NCBI GenBank assembly: GCA_030390025.1
Contig: CM059432.1
Span: 22,570,001 to 22,634,000 of the forward strand
Length of the DNA: 64,000 nt
Direction of reading: 5' to 3'
Origin: Squalus acanthias
Taxonomy: Eukaryota
Made by a program: the position numbers and the translations under genes. The notes beneath the pieces are model-generated. The model searched no databases, was not told where the DNA came from, and saw only the letters and a program-made list of their open reading frames with translations. Positions 37,723-49,419 of this stretch are shown piece by piece (the first letter of the stretch is position 1; every line of letters starts with the position of its first letter).

Positions 37723-39772
37723 TTTATTTCTCCTGAAAAATCATACTGGTCTACAGTACTATGGTGCCACTGACAAGGCTCACACATGAAGAATGATCAC
37801 CAAAATGCTCATTTTCATTTATGAGCTTTAACAGTCAGCGTTGGCAGCCTCTCCTACCACAGGGGAGCATCACAGTCTAATTTAGTCCTCACCGGACAAC
37901 ATATACACACTCTTTCCACTCAGGTCTCTGGATAGTGATCAGAAACTTGGCTGATTTAGTCCCCCTGTCTCGAAGCCAACGGCACTGAGGCCAATTGTAG
38001 CACTACCAATGAATCCCTAGCTAGGATCAACTAGCTCAACATGGCTCAGTATCACACCACATGAACCAATAGGGCAGTTCAATCAATTGTTTGCCATTGA
38101 ATAAATCCAGAAACTCTCTTTAAGAAGGTGCTAATTCTGTGGCTAACTGCTGTCAATGTCAAACGTTTACCTATAGGACTCCTCATTGATTTAATTCTCT
38201 TTAAAGTTTCAGTTTTTAACACATGAGCCCAGAAATTAGACTGTGCTGTACTATTGTACGGACACTAAAAGCATTCATATCAAATTGCTCTTTCTTCTAT
38301 TACAACAGAGGCAATAGCCAATTTCAAATAAAGAGGTTCACAGCTCTGTTAAAGTAGCAAAGTAATTTCACGCAAATGGACGAACCACTTGTAGGGTCGT
38401 CTCTCCCAGCGTCATTCCTCGTATTTATTGGACTTTTCTGTGGATTGGTCGAAGCACTTCAGCAACATAATGAAGTGACTTTCCAAAACTTAGCCATTGT
38501 GTTCTGTTGTGAAGTGAGAAGGTGATCTGTCTATTGAGCACTATGTGAACACTTAGTGAAGTAGTAGGCTTTAGAGTAGGCGCATACAGTCTGTTACAAG
38601 GATATATGGTGCTATTAGGAACAGCCACCACTTCTATATATATCCACCAATATTTTCCTGCCCTACACTGCCACTCTGTGGTAACTGTTAGTATTAAGAT
38701 CCACAGTGGGTCCCTTGAGCAGATATGTGCACTCCATTATTATTGTATAAATATATCAGTTCGTAAATGATAAGCAGCTCTAATTTGTCCTGGGAAACCT
38801 GCCAGATTTACTTCCACAATGCTTTATAGACTACAAAGTTCTAGATAATGAAGCATATTTTTTTTTAAATAACACAGAATCACACATCGACTTGCTGGCT
38901 GGCGGTAATGATGAAGTAACTGCCTAATAGTCTATAATTTGGACCAGTAAAAGCAAAATGGCTCCTTTGTTGTTGATACGTTTCCAAGATAGAACACAAG
39001 TGAGGGTTTTAGGTGGATTATAAATTGCTGGCTTCTGAGAGTTTTATAAATGCAGCTGATTAGAGTCACTGGTTTTTGCTTTTAAAAGAAAGTCAATTAT
39101 TCTCAAAATCTCAATAGCCTGGAAATGAGTGTGATTGATGCTATTGTGCAAATGTTTAATACGTGCGTATCAAATTCCTCTCTGTGCTATTTTAATGTAG
39201 CCATTACACTGTCTAATTCCATCCATTCAAATAGTGGAGAGAAGAAATTTATATGAATGCACTTAGGCATTTCTATGATCACATCGCTCACTGTAATCTT
39301 CAGATTAATAGAAGTAGCTAAATAGATTTTATAAACATACATAATAAGCTATCAATTGAAAGCATTCTGAACTTAAAAACTGTAAATTGTAGAAATACAC
39401 AGCATCAATCAGCATCTGAAAAGAGAAAAAATATGTTTTGGGTAGAAAGCCTTTGTCGGAATACAGGGTTTTCCCTTTTGATTGTGACACAGTGATCATT
39501 GCTGGAAAGTATACTTATATGGACGTTGGAGGGACCGGAGGGGGTGGGGGGGGTGCACGGGGAGTGGGAAGTGGGGAGAGTTTACTCTATGTGCTCTGTG
39601 TAACAAGATCCCTTTACAAGGAATGTGTTTATGAGCGTCCCTCAGGTGTGGACAAGATCAAGTTCCAGATGTCAAATAGCCTGACAGCATTTAGGAATAA
39701 ACTCCCCAAGTTTGAGCCAGCCACAAAGGGAGAGTGGGGTTAGAGATAGGGCTGCAACATTATAGCACTGAT

Positions 39773-42700
39773 TAGAATCATAGGATCATAGAATGGTTAC
39801 AGCACAGTAGGAGGCCATTCAGCCCATCGAGCCCGTGCCGGCTCTCTGCAAGAGCACTTCAGCTAGTCCCTCTCCCCCGCCCTTTCCCCGTAGCCCTGCA
39901 ATTTTTTTTCTTTCAGGTACTTATCTAATTCCCTTTTGAAAGCCTCGATTGAAACTGCCTCCACCACCCTTTCAGGCAGTGCATTCCAGCTCATAACCAC
40001 TCGCTGCGTAAAAAAGTTTTTCCTCATGTCGCCTTTGGTTCTTTTGCCAATCACTTTAAATCTGTGTCCTCTGGTTCTCGACCCTTCCGCCAATGGGAAC
40101 AGTTTCTCTCTATCTACTCTGTCTAGACCCCTCATGATTTTGAACACCTCTATCAAACCTCCTCTCAATCTTCTCTGCTCTAAGGAGAACAACCCCAGTT
40201 TCTCCAGTCTATCCCCGTAACTGAAGTCCCTCAACTCTGGAACCATTCTTGTAATTCTTTTCTGCACCCTCTCTAAAGCCATCACATCCTTCCTAAAGTG
40301 CGGTGCCCAGAATTGGACACAATACTACAGTTGTGGCCAAACCAGTGTTTTATAAAGGTTCATCATAACTTCCTTGCTTTTGCACTCTATGCCTGTATTT
40401 GTAAAGCCCAGGATCCCTTATGCTTTTTTAACCGCTTTCTCAACCTGCCCTGCCACCTTCAATGATTTGTGCACATATACCCCCAGGTCTCTCTGTTCCT
40501 GCACCCTCTTTAGAATTATATCCTTTAGTTTATATTGCCTCTCCTCATTCTTCCTACCAAAATGTGTCACTTCACAATTTTCTGCATTAAATTTCATCTG
40601 CCACGTGTCCGCCCATTTCACCAGCCTGTCTAAGTCTTCTTGATGTCTATCACTATCCTCCTCACTGTTCACTATACTTCCAAGTTTTGTGTAATCTGCA
40701 AATTTTGAAATAGTGCCCTGTACACCTAAGTCCAAATCATTAATATATATCAAGAAAAGCAGTGATCCTAGAACCGACCCTTGGGGAACACCACTTACCT
40801 GCCTTCAGTCCGAAAAACAACCGTTCAGCACTATTCTCTGTTTCCTGTCACTTAGCCAATTTTGTATCCATGCTGCCACTGTCTCTTCTATTCCATGGGT
40901 TTCAACTCTGCTGGCAAGCCTATTATGTAGCACTTTATCAAATGCCTTTTGGAAGTCCATGTACACCACACCAAACGCATTGTCCTCATCAACCCTCTCT
41001 GTTACCTCATCAAAAAATTCAATCAAGTTGGTTAAACAGGATTTGCCTTTAACAAATCTGTGCTGGCTTCCCTTAATTAATCCACACTTTTCCAAGTGAC
41101 AGTTAATATTGTTCCTGATTATCATTTCTAAAAGGTTCCCCACCACTGAGGTTAAACTGACTGGCCTGTAGTTGCTGGGTTTATCCTTACACCATTTTTT
41201 GAACAAGGGTGTAACATTTGTAATTCTCCAGTCCTCTGGCACCACCCCCGTATCCAAGGAGGATTGGAAAATTATGGCCAATACCTCTGCAATCTCCATC
41301 TTTACTTCCCTCAGCCTCCTAGGATGCATCCTTTCCAGTCCTGGTGACTTATCTACTTTAAGTACAGCCAGCCTTTCCAGTACCTCCTCTTTATCAATTT
41401 TTATCCCATCCAATGTCTCAACTACCTCCTCTTTCACTATGACTTTGGCAGCATCTTCTTCCTTGGCAAAGACAGATGAAAAGTAGTCATTCAGTACCAC
41501 AGCCATGCCCTCTGCCTCCATGCGTAGGTCTTCCTTTTGGTCCCTAATCGGTCCCACCCCTCCTCTTACTACCCATTTACTATTTATATGCCTATCGAAG
41601 GCTTTTGGATTTCTGTTTATGTTAGCTGCCAGTCTATTCTCATACTCCCTCTGTAAGCTTTTTATTTCGACTGGCATTAAATTGACAGCAAGACCAATTC
41701 TTTTGAAACAATTTGGAGTAAGTTTATTAAACACACTCACATGCACATAGCCTATTGGACAAAACAACAGTCTACTGGTATCCTATGGACTCTACTTGAT
41801 TACAACAGGTAAGGTCATGGGTTACAGATTTAAACAGACTTTTCCTTCCCTCTCAGCCAGGCAGTGCACGTGGTCGTCTTCCTTGCTTCTTGGTCTGGTC
41901 TGTAGAGTGGGGCTTCCTGCTTTTCCGTGTGGTCATCCAGAGAGAGAGAGAACGAGAGAGAGAGAGAGCGAGCTTTTGGGTTCCTTCTTTCATTTCTTTT
42001 TAAGTCCATTGTCTCTAGTATAAATTGCTAAAAACCCCAGGATTGGGTCTTAGTTTCATGGCAGTTCTTGATTGGCTTTCCTTACTCATGTGTCTGTCTG
42101 CAGAGGCTGGTGCCATTTCTTGATTAAGTTAATCGTTTTGTTAACACCTTTTAATGGCTCTGAGTTTCGATGGTGAGTTTCGATGGGTTTGTTTACCCTG
42201 AAAGTCCTGCTGTCTCTGTGGGGGTTACCTTGTTATGCAGGTTTCTTTTGTTAAGTTTTGCGCCGTTGCCTTGAGCTCCGCCCGCCCAGGGGAGATCCTT
42301 ACACGTTAAATTCATCTTTATTACATACATCTTACATTAATAGTCTCGAGTCCATGACACATCATAATTTTAACAAAACATACATTTTTATTCTTATACC
42401 TCTTTGCCCCTCTTATTTCCTTTTTCACTTCCCCGCTGAACTTTCTGTATTCAGCCTGGTTCTCACTTGTATTCTCAACCTGACATCTGTCTCATGCCCC
42501 TTTTTTACTGCTTTATCTTACTCTCTATCTTTTTCATCATCCAGGGAGCTCTGGCTTTGGTTGCCCTACCTTTCCCCCTCGTGGGAATATACCTCGACTG
42601 TACCCGAACCATCTCCTCTTTAAAGGCAGCCCATTGTTCGATGACAGTTTTGCCTGCCAATCTTTGATTCCAATTTACCCGGGCCAGATCCGTTCTCAAC

Positions 42701-43140
42701 CCACTGAAATTGGCCTTCCTCCAATTAAGTATTTTGACTCTAGACTGCTCTTTGTCCTTTTCCATAGCTAACCTAAACCTTATGATACTATGATCATGCT
42801 TCCCTAAATGTTCCCTTACTGACACTTGCTCCACTTGACCCACCTCATTCCCCAGAACCAGATCCAGCAATGCCTCCTTCCTCATTAGGCTGGAAACGTA
42901 CTAATCAAGAAAGTTCTCCTGAACACACTTCAGAAATTCTTTCCCCTCTCTACCCTTTGCACTATTACTATCCCAGTCTATATTAGGATAATTGAAATCC
43001 CCCATTATCACTACTCTATAGTTCTTGCACCTCTCTGTAATTGCCCTGCAAATTTGCTCCTCTTTCTCCTTCCCATTAATAGGTGGACTATAGAACACAC
43101 CCAGTAGTGTAATAGCACCTCTATTGTTTCTTAACTCTAA
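39773..43140 (-). mobile_element. 5'-truncated CR1 LINE (part of endonuclease plus RT), with a solo LTR insertion
   Basis: Minus-strand VIMGDFNYPNIDW, NYRPVSLTS, YMDFQKAFDKV, SKFADYTKL, FFTQRVV; microsatellite tail. Confidence 0.92.
41652..42398. mobile_element. Solo LTR (747 bp) inserted in CR1
   Basis: TGTAAG...CTTATA termini (terminal CA mutated), 4-bp TSD CCTC. CR1 ORF2 resumes on both sides. Confidence 0.8.
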
Positions 43141-43227
43141 CCAATTCTCTAACCTGTGGTTTTCTTGTGTGCATCTCAAGAGCAGTATCAATGAATTTAT
43201 ATTTTACTGTCTAGATTGCTTTACATG

Positions 43228-43640
43228 GGCACAGTAGTGTAGTGGTTATATTCCTGGACTAGCAATCCAGAGGCCTAGACTAATAATCCAGAGGACTTTA
43301 ATTCTAATCCCACCATGGCAGTTTGAGAATTTGAATTCAGTTTTAAGTAATCTGGAAATTAAAAAAACTGGCATCAGTAAAAGTGAGCATGAAGCTGTTG
43401 GATTGCTGTAAAAACTCAACTGGTTCAGTAATCTGCCATCTTTACCTGGATTGGCCTATATGTGACTCCAGTCCCACACCAACGTGGTTGCCTCTTAAAT
43501 GCCCTCTGAAGTTCTATCAAACCATTACACTGCGGAGGTTCAAGCAGAAGGACCACCACCAGCTTCTCAGGGCAACTAGGGATGGGCAATAAATGCCAAC
43601 CTTGCCAGTGACGCAACCATCCCGAGAATGAATAAAAAAA
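43228..43640 (+). mobile_element. tRNA-derived SINE, same family as 16258-16612
   Basis: Shared head and body, and tail GGGCAACTAGGGATGGGCAATAAATG...AATGAATAAAAAAA. Confidence 0.75.
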
Positions 43641-44112
43641 ACACATGAACTCCCAGACTAGAATACTTCCGCTACTAGTATGTTCTCCCCTCTCCCATTT
43701 TTTCCCCACCTCACCTGAAGGCACTGATTCATCCTGTGGCAGGGTTCACAGGTGCTGGTATTTCATCCAAGTAGTCATCCTTCTTGTGAGCCTTGACAGT
43801 GATACACTGACATTCCACAGGTCATGATCCTGGTGATTGTAACAGTTTGCGGGACTGGTAGGAGGGCACCTAATTTATGTGGCACAATCACCACTGTGGG
43901 CACATCTTAATCACTTGCCTGCCCCATGCAACAGAAAACTTAGCATTTGACCATCTTTGGAAGATGAGTTTGCACAGAGCGCTCAGACCAACTCCATGCA
44001 GACTTCTATTGGCCCTTGGGTGAGGGAGATGATCTTGATTTAAAATAATTCAGGGTGTTTTGGGGGGTCCAGGCCACTTTTCCTAGCCTAGATCCCCCAT
44101 TTCTCAATATAA

Positions 44113-44800
44113 GAAGATAGGAACAAAGGAAAAGGAATAGACCAAGCAGCCCCTCGAGCCCATTCCTCCCTTCAGTTAGATTATGGCTGATGTGTACCTC
44201 AAATCCAATTACCTGCCTTTGCTCCATATTCCTTGATATCCTTACCTAATAAAAATCTATCGATCTCAATCTTGAAACTGTCAATGTCCCAATGTCTACA
44301 GCCTTTAGAGGGAGGGAATTCCAGATTTTCACTACCCTCAGTGTGAAAAACAGCTTTCTGATTTCGCTCCTAAATAGCCGAGCTTTAATTTTAAGATTGT
44401 GCATCTTGTACTGAATTCCCCACCAGAGGAAATCGTTTCTTTGTATTTATCCTCTCAAAACCTTTTATCATTTTAAACACCTCAATTAGATCACCCCTCA
44501 ACCTTTGAAACTCAAGGGAGCACAAGCCAAGTTTATGCAACCTGTCCTCATAATTTAACCCTTTAAGACCTGGTGGATAATTCTGGTGAATCTGCACTGT
44601 GTATCCTTCCTGATGTGCATTGAACACAGTGCTCCAGATGGAGACTGGCCAAGGCTTTGTACAACTGAAGCATAACTTCCTCCCCATTGTATTCCAGCCA
44701 TCTTAAGATAAAGGCCAACATTCCATTAGCCCTTTGATTACTTTATGAACGGTGCACAAACTTCTAGTGATTTATGTACATGTTCACCTTAATCCCATTT
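44113..44800 (-). mobile_element. Degraded CR1 3' fragment
   Basis: LNYEDRLHKLGLCSLEFQRLRGDLIEVFK. Confidence 0.8.
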
Positions 44801-45337
44801 GCTCCTACACATGTAGCCAGAGCTTCTCTGTTTATCTGAAATCAGTCCAGAATAATAACTTCATTCTGTTGAACACTGGGAAGACAAATCATTGTCTTCG
44901 ACTCCCACCACCACCTCTTCTCCCTTGCTCCTGATGTAACCTTGGCATCTTATTCAACCCTGAAAAGAGTTCCAGAATCCATATTCTTTCCATCACTAAG
45001 ACTTCAGACTTCCACATCATTGCTTGCTTCTGTCCCTAAGTCAGCCCACTGAAACACTTATACATTCAAAAGCTCTCTTGGTTGTCCCGCACCCTCTGAA
45101 AACTCCAGCTTGTCCAAAGCTCTGCTGCACGTGTCCTGCACTAAGATCTACATTGGCCTCCATCCACCAACGCTTTAAATTTCCCCTCACCATTGGTGGC
45201 AATGCCTTCAGCCACCTGTGTCCTACTTGCTGCCTATTCCCTGCCTAAACCTTTCCACTTCTTCACCTGTCTCTTCTTCCCTAAAAACCTCTTCAAAAGC
45301 TATCTTTTCAATGAAGCTTCTCGTCACCTGACCGAAT

Positions 45338-46183
45338 GGGCTGGATTTTCTCAATGGAGACGAGTTGGAGGCAGGACTGCTACTTGTCGTGTCAATGTCC
45401 CGCCTCCATCATCGTCTGACCAACCAGAGGGATTTTCCCCTGATTGACCTTGTTAAGCCCGCCCGGCGGGCTCAGCAGGCCAATTAGGGAGGAAGTCACT
45501 GACAGAGCACGTCAACGTCTGACGTGCTATCTGTCAAGGCTTCTTGAAAGAAGAAATGTCAATGTTTTACAGCTCTGTGAAGCTGTCAAACACTGACATT
45601 CTGTGTAGTTTGATGACTCCTTGTGTTCAGGACTCATCAAACCTTTCAACTTTGTCGAGTTCAGATGGCTGTTGGTTCGGAGGATCCAACAGCCAGTCTG
45701 TGAAATCGACAAGGAGGATGTCGGGTCTCCCGATCCAGGGTGGATGAAGGCTGTAGGAAGAAAACAAGGTAACTGAACATTTTTAAACACTTATCACTCA
45801 CCTTACATACTTACCACTCCACACTTGCACCCATCACTCACCTCTACGTCTTACTTCCAGGTGCTTCCGACCCCCGCAGACCTCCTTCACGTCTCCTCCA
45901 ACCCGGCGGGGTTCTCCGAGGTCGGGAAGCCTTCACCTGAGAAGGTAAAATGGCACTAATCCTTTTTTCTGCCTGTTAACTACTTGTTAACAGGCAGTTA
46001 AAAGGATTTAATCCCTTTCCCGCCTCCAGGAGACGGGGCCCGAAGCAGCACATCTTCCCGCCTCCTGGCAAAAGGGCACGGAGGTGGGATGGGGGCGGGT
46101 TTGCCATCCGCCCCCATTTTCTGCTACTTTACCGACTGTCCCGCCTCCATGCCCGCCTCCTCGGGGCTTGGAAAATCCAGCCC
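45338..46183. mobile_element. Harbinger-type MITE inserted in a degraded L2 3' end
   Basis: 13-bp TIR GGGCTGGATTTTC, TSD AAT. Confidence 0.88.
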
Positions 46184-46996
46184 AATGTCTCTTTTCCTGA
46201 CTGGGCATCGTTTCCATATGCCTATTCTGTGAAGTACCTTGAAATGTTTTTTATGTTAAAGGCAGCATTTAAATTCAATTTGTTTCCATGAAATATATGC
46301 TGTAACAGTTTTTCTTATGGGATTCAATAGCAAAATATGGAGTAAAATTATTTTTTATATGGACCTCTTCAAAATCCTTGAGAGCAAAGTGGATATATTA
46401 TAAGAAAAGTATAGAGAAGCTTAATGTTTACACTCTACAGAGATAAATAAACTATCATCCTCAACCCATAAAGAAAGAACTTGCAATTATATAGCACCTT
46501 TCACAACCTCAGGACATCCCAAAGCGCTTCACAGCCAATTAAGTACTTTTGATGTGCAGTCGCTGTTGAAATACAGGAAAGCTATATATTACTTGAAGGT
46601 AAGTCAAGCCAGTAAGACAAGAAACATAAATTTGAATTAGTGAAAAGTAAATTTTAAGCCGATGTTATCCATAGGGTGACAAATGTTTGGAACAATCTGC
46701 CAGGTTAGGTAATGGAGCCAAAGACTTCAAAATGCAGTTGGATGCTAGGCTGGAGGGTTGAGCTCAAAATTGCCCCTTCATCCTTGTCTTTATCTAATGT
46801 TCTCTTCTTATGTTGTGAAATGCATAACAACAAACTTACTGTTTGCAGAGAGTTCTGGAACACCAGTTATCTATTGATTGACAGCCATATGTGGAAGAAA
46901 GTCATTTCTGCATTTCATCTAGTTTTTAATCCTGTACAGTAATAAGGTAATAATATGACTATAATCTAAGATAAAGCCATTACACAAAAACACATG

Positions 46997-47191
46997 ATGT
47001 GGAGATGCCGGTGTTGGACTGGGGTGGACAAAAGTGAGAAGTCGCACAACACCAGGTTATAGTCCAACAGTTTTATTTGAAATCACAAGCTTTCGGAGCG
47101 CTGCTCCTTCGTCAGGTGAGGAGCAGCAGCTCTGAAAGCTTGTGATTTCAAATAAAACTGTTGGACTATAACCTGGTGTTGTGCGACTTCT
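46997..47191. mobile_element. Short fold-back Penelope terminal-repeat (pLTR) insertion
   Basis: About 66-bp inverted arms (47034-47099, 47129-47194) and 14-bp TSD CACAAAAACACATG. The same sequence occurs at 54715-54843. Confidence 0.8.
47084..47118 (-). ncRNA. Minimal type-I hammerhead ribozyme motif (Penelope-associated)
   Basis: Minus strand: CAC-CTGACGA-A-GGAGC-AGC-GCTCC-GAAA-GC-TT-GTG. Confidence 0.7.
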
Positions 47192-47549
47192 CACAAAAAC
47201 ACATGTTGAGGCACTTGCACACGTCCCTGCTAACAAGGAACCTCTGGCTGAAGAACAAGAACGAAAGGTGAAAATAAATAAGCAAGAGAATTTTTGCTTG
47301 AATTATTTGAAGCATAAATTTCCTTCATGATGAACAAATATATTAAAGCATACCATGCTGGAACAGGTAACAAAATGTATTGTACAACCACGTACAATGA
47401 ATTATACAATATGGATTAATCATTGATCAGTGACAAAACAACGAACCGTAATCTTTTTGATACATCTGTGATCAGGCCCAGTCAAAACATAGGAATTGGA
47501 TCACGTGACTGATGGGTGGCAAAACGAGTTATAATATTGCCCTTACTCC

Positions 47550-48123
47550 TGCTCCAGAGACCAGGTAAGGCCTCAGAGCGTCGGCGGGAGTTTCAGCGGT
47601 GGCAGTGGGCCTATAAAAGGCTCCAGAGATCAGGTAAGGTCTCAGAGCGTCGGCGGGAGTTTCAGCGGCGGCAGTGGGCCTATAAAAGGCTCCAGAGACC
47701 AGGTAAGGCCTCAGAGCGTCGGCAGGAGTGTCAGCGGCGGCAGTGGGCCTATAAAAGGCTCCAGAGACCAGGTAAGGCCTCAGGGCGTCGGCGGGAGTGT
47801 CAGCAGCGGCAGTGGGCCTATAAAAGGCTCCAGAGACCAGGTAAGGCCTCAGAGCGTCGGCGAGAGTGTCAGCAGCGGCAGTGGGCCTATAAAAGGCTCC
47901 AGAGACCAGGTAAGGCCTCAGAGCGTCGGCGGGAGTTTCAGCGGCGGTAGCGGGCCTATAAAAGGCTCCAGAGACCAGGTAAGGCCTCAGAGCGTCAGTG
48001 GGAGTTTCAGCGGCGGCAGTGGGCCTATAAAAGGCTCCAGAGACCAGGTAAGGCCTCAGAGCGTCAGTGGGAGTTTCAGCGGCGGCAGTGGGCCTATAAA
48101 AGGCTCCAGAGACCAGGTAAGGC
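47550..48123 (+). repeat. 69-bp tandem monomer array (8 units plus a partial) forming the CR1 5' end
   Basis: Units start near 47550, 47619, 47688, 47757, 47826, 47895, 47964, 48033, 48102. Each full unit has CAGGTAAG and CTATAAAAG. Confidence 0.95.
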
Positions 48124-48352
48124 GTACCAGTCTCTGAACTCGGAGGGAAAAATAATCGAAGTGTGACGTCACCAAAAAACAGGTAAGTGATTGGTTGGTG
48201 AGTATTTCTCTCTTTTTAAGCTTAAATTCTGTGATGTTAAATTTCTAGGGTCTCTGTGGTATAGTGGGGACAGTTGGTAAATAAAGCGCCCTAGAGTATA
48301 TCTGTAACTGGGGTATTGAATACATTTTTTAATTTAATTAAGGGAGTAGGTC

Positions 48353-49303
48353 ATGACAGGTGAGATCAGCCCCATGTTATGCTCCTCTTGCTCCATGTGG
48401 GAATTCAGGGACGCTGCCAGTGTCCCTGGGGACCACGTGTGCGAGAAATGCATCCAGCTGCAGCTACTTGTAGATCGCATTGCGGCGCTCGAGCTGCGGG
48501 TGGATGAGTTTTGGAGCATACGCGATGCTGAGAGGGTCGTGGATAGCACGTTTAACGAGTTGGTCACGCCGCAGGGTAGGGCTGCACAGGCAGAAGGGAA
48601 ATGGGTGGCCATCAGGCGGAGCAGCAGAGGCAGGCAGGGAGTACAGGGAACCCCTGCGGTCATCTCCCTTTCAAACAGGTATACCGATTTGGATACTGTT
48701 GAGGGGGATGACTCACCAGGGGAGGGCGGCAGCAGCCAACTTCCTGGCACCAGGGTTGCTTCTGCTGCTCAGAAAGGGAGGAAAAAGAGTGGGAGAGCAA
48801 TAGTGGTAGGGGATTCTATCGTAAGGGGAACAGATAGGCGTTTCTGTGGCCGTAAAAGTGACTCCAGGATGGTTTGTTGCCTCCCTGGGGCCAGGGCCAT
48901 GGATGTCACTGAGCGGCTACAGGGCATTCTTAAGGGGGAGGGTGAGCAGGCAGAGGTCGTGGTTCACATTGGGACCAACGACATAGGTAGGAAGGGGGAT
49001 GAGGTCCTGCATCAAGAATTTAGGGAGCTAGGCAGCAGATTAAAGAGCAGGACCTCAAAGGTTGTAATCTCTGGATTACTCCCAGTACCACGTGCTAGTG
49101 AGTATAGGAATAGAAGGATAGAACAGATGAATGCGTGGCTAAAGAGTTGGTGCAGGAGGGAGGGTTTTAGTTTCCTGGATCACTGGGCCTGCTTCTGGGG
49201 AAGGTGGGACTTGTACAAGTCGGACGGTTTGCACCTGAACCAGAGCGGGACAAATATCCTTGCGGGGAGGTTTGCTAGCACTGTTGGGGGGGGTTTAAAC
49301 TAA
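48353..49303 (+). CDS. CR1 ORF1p (Cys-rich zinc finger/leucine zipper plus SGNH esterase domain), intact
   Basis: CSSCSMW...CEKC...LELRV; GDSIVRG, CLPGA, HIGTND, DGLHLN. Confidence 0.9.
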   Translation: MTGEISPMLCSSCSMWEFRDAASVPGDHVCEKCIQLQLLVDRIAALELRVDEFWSIRDAERVVDSTFNELVTPQGRAAQAEGKWVAIRRSSRGRQGVQGTPAVISLSNRYTDLDTVEGDDSPGEGGSSQLPGTRVASAAQKGRKKSGRAIVVGDSIVRGTDRRFCGRKSDSRMVCCLPGARAMDVTERLQGILKGEGEQAEVVVHIGTNDIGRKGDEVLHQEFRELGSRLKSRTSKVVISGLLPVPRASEYRNRRIEQMNAWLKSWCRREGFSFLDHWACFWGRWDLYKSDGLHLNQSGTNILAGRFASTVGGGLN

Positions 49304-49419
49304 CTTGGCAGGGGGATGGGATTCAGAGTGGAGCTACAATAGGGGGTGATGTACAGTCAAATATAGAGAAAAAAACAAGTCAGCTTGGAAGACAGGGCAA
49401 ACATGTAAGAGCAAGGCTG

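Noticed and set aside
47516..47950. 144-aa repetitive ORF or CRISPR-like array
   Set aside because: It is the translation of a 69-bp tandem repeat with no spacers and is better explained as the CR1 5' region.
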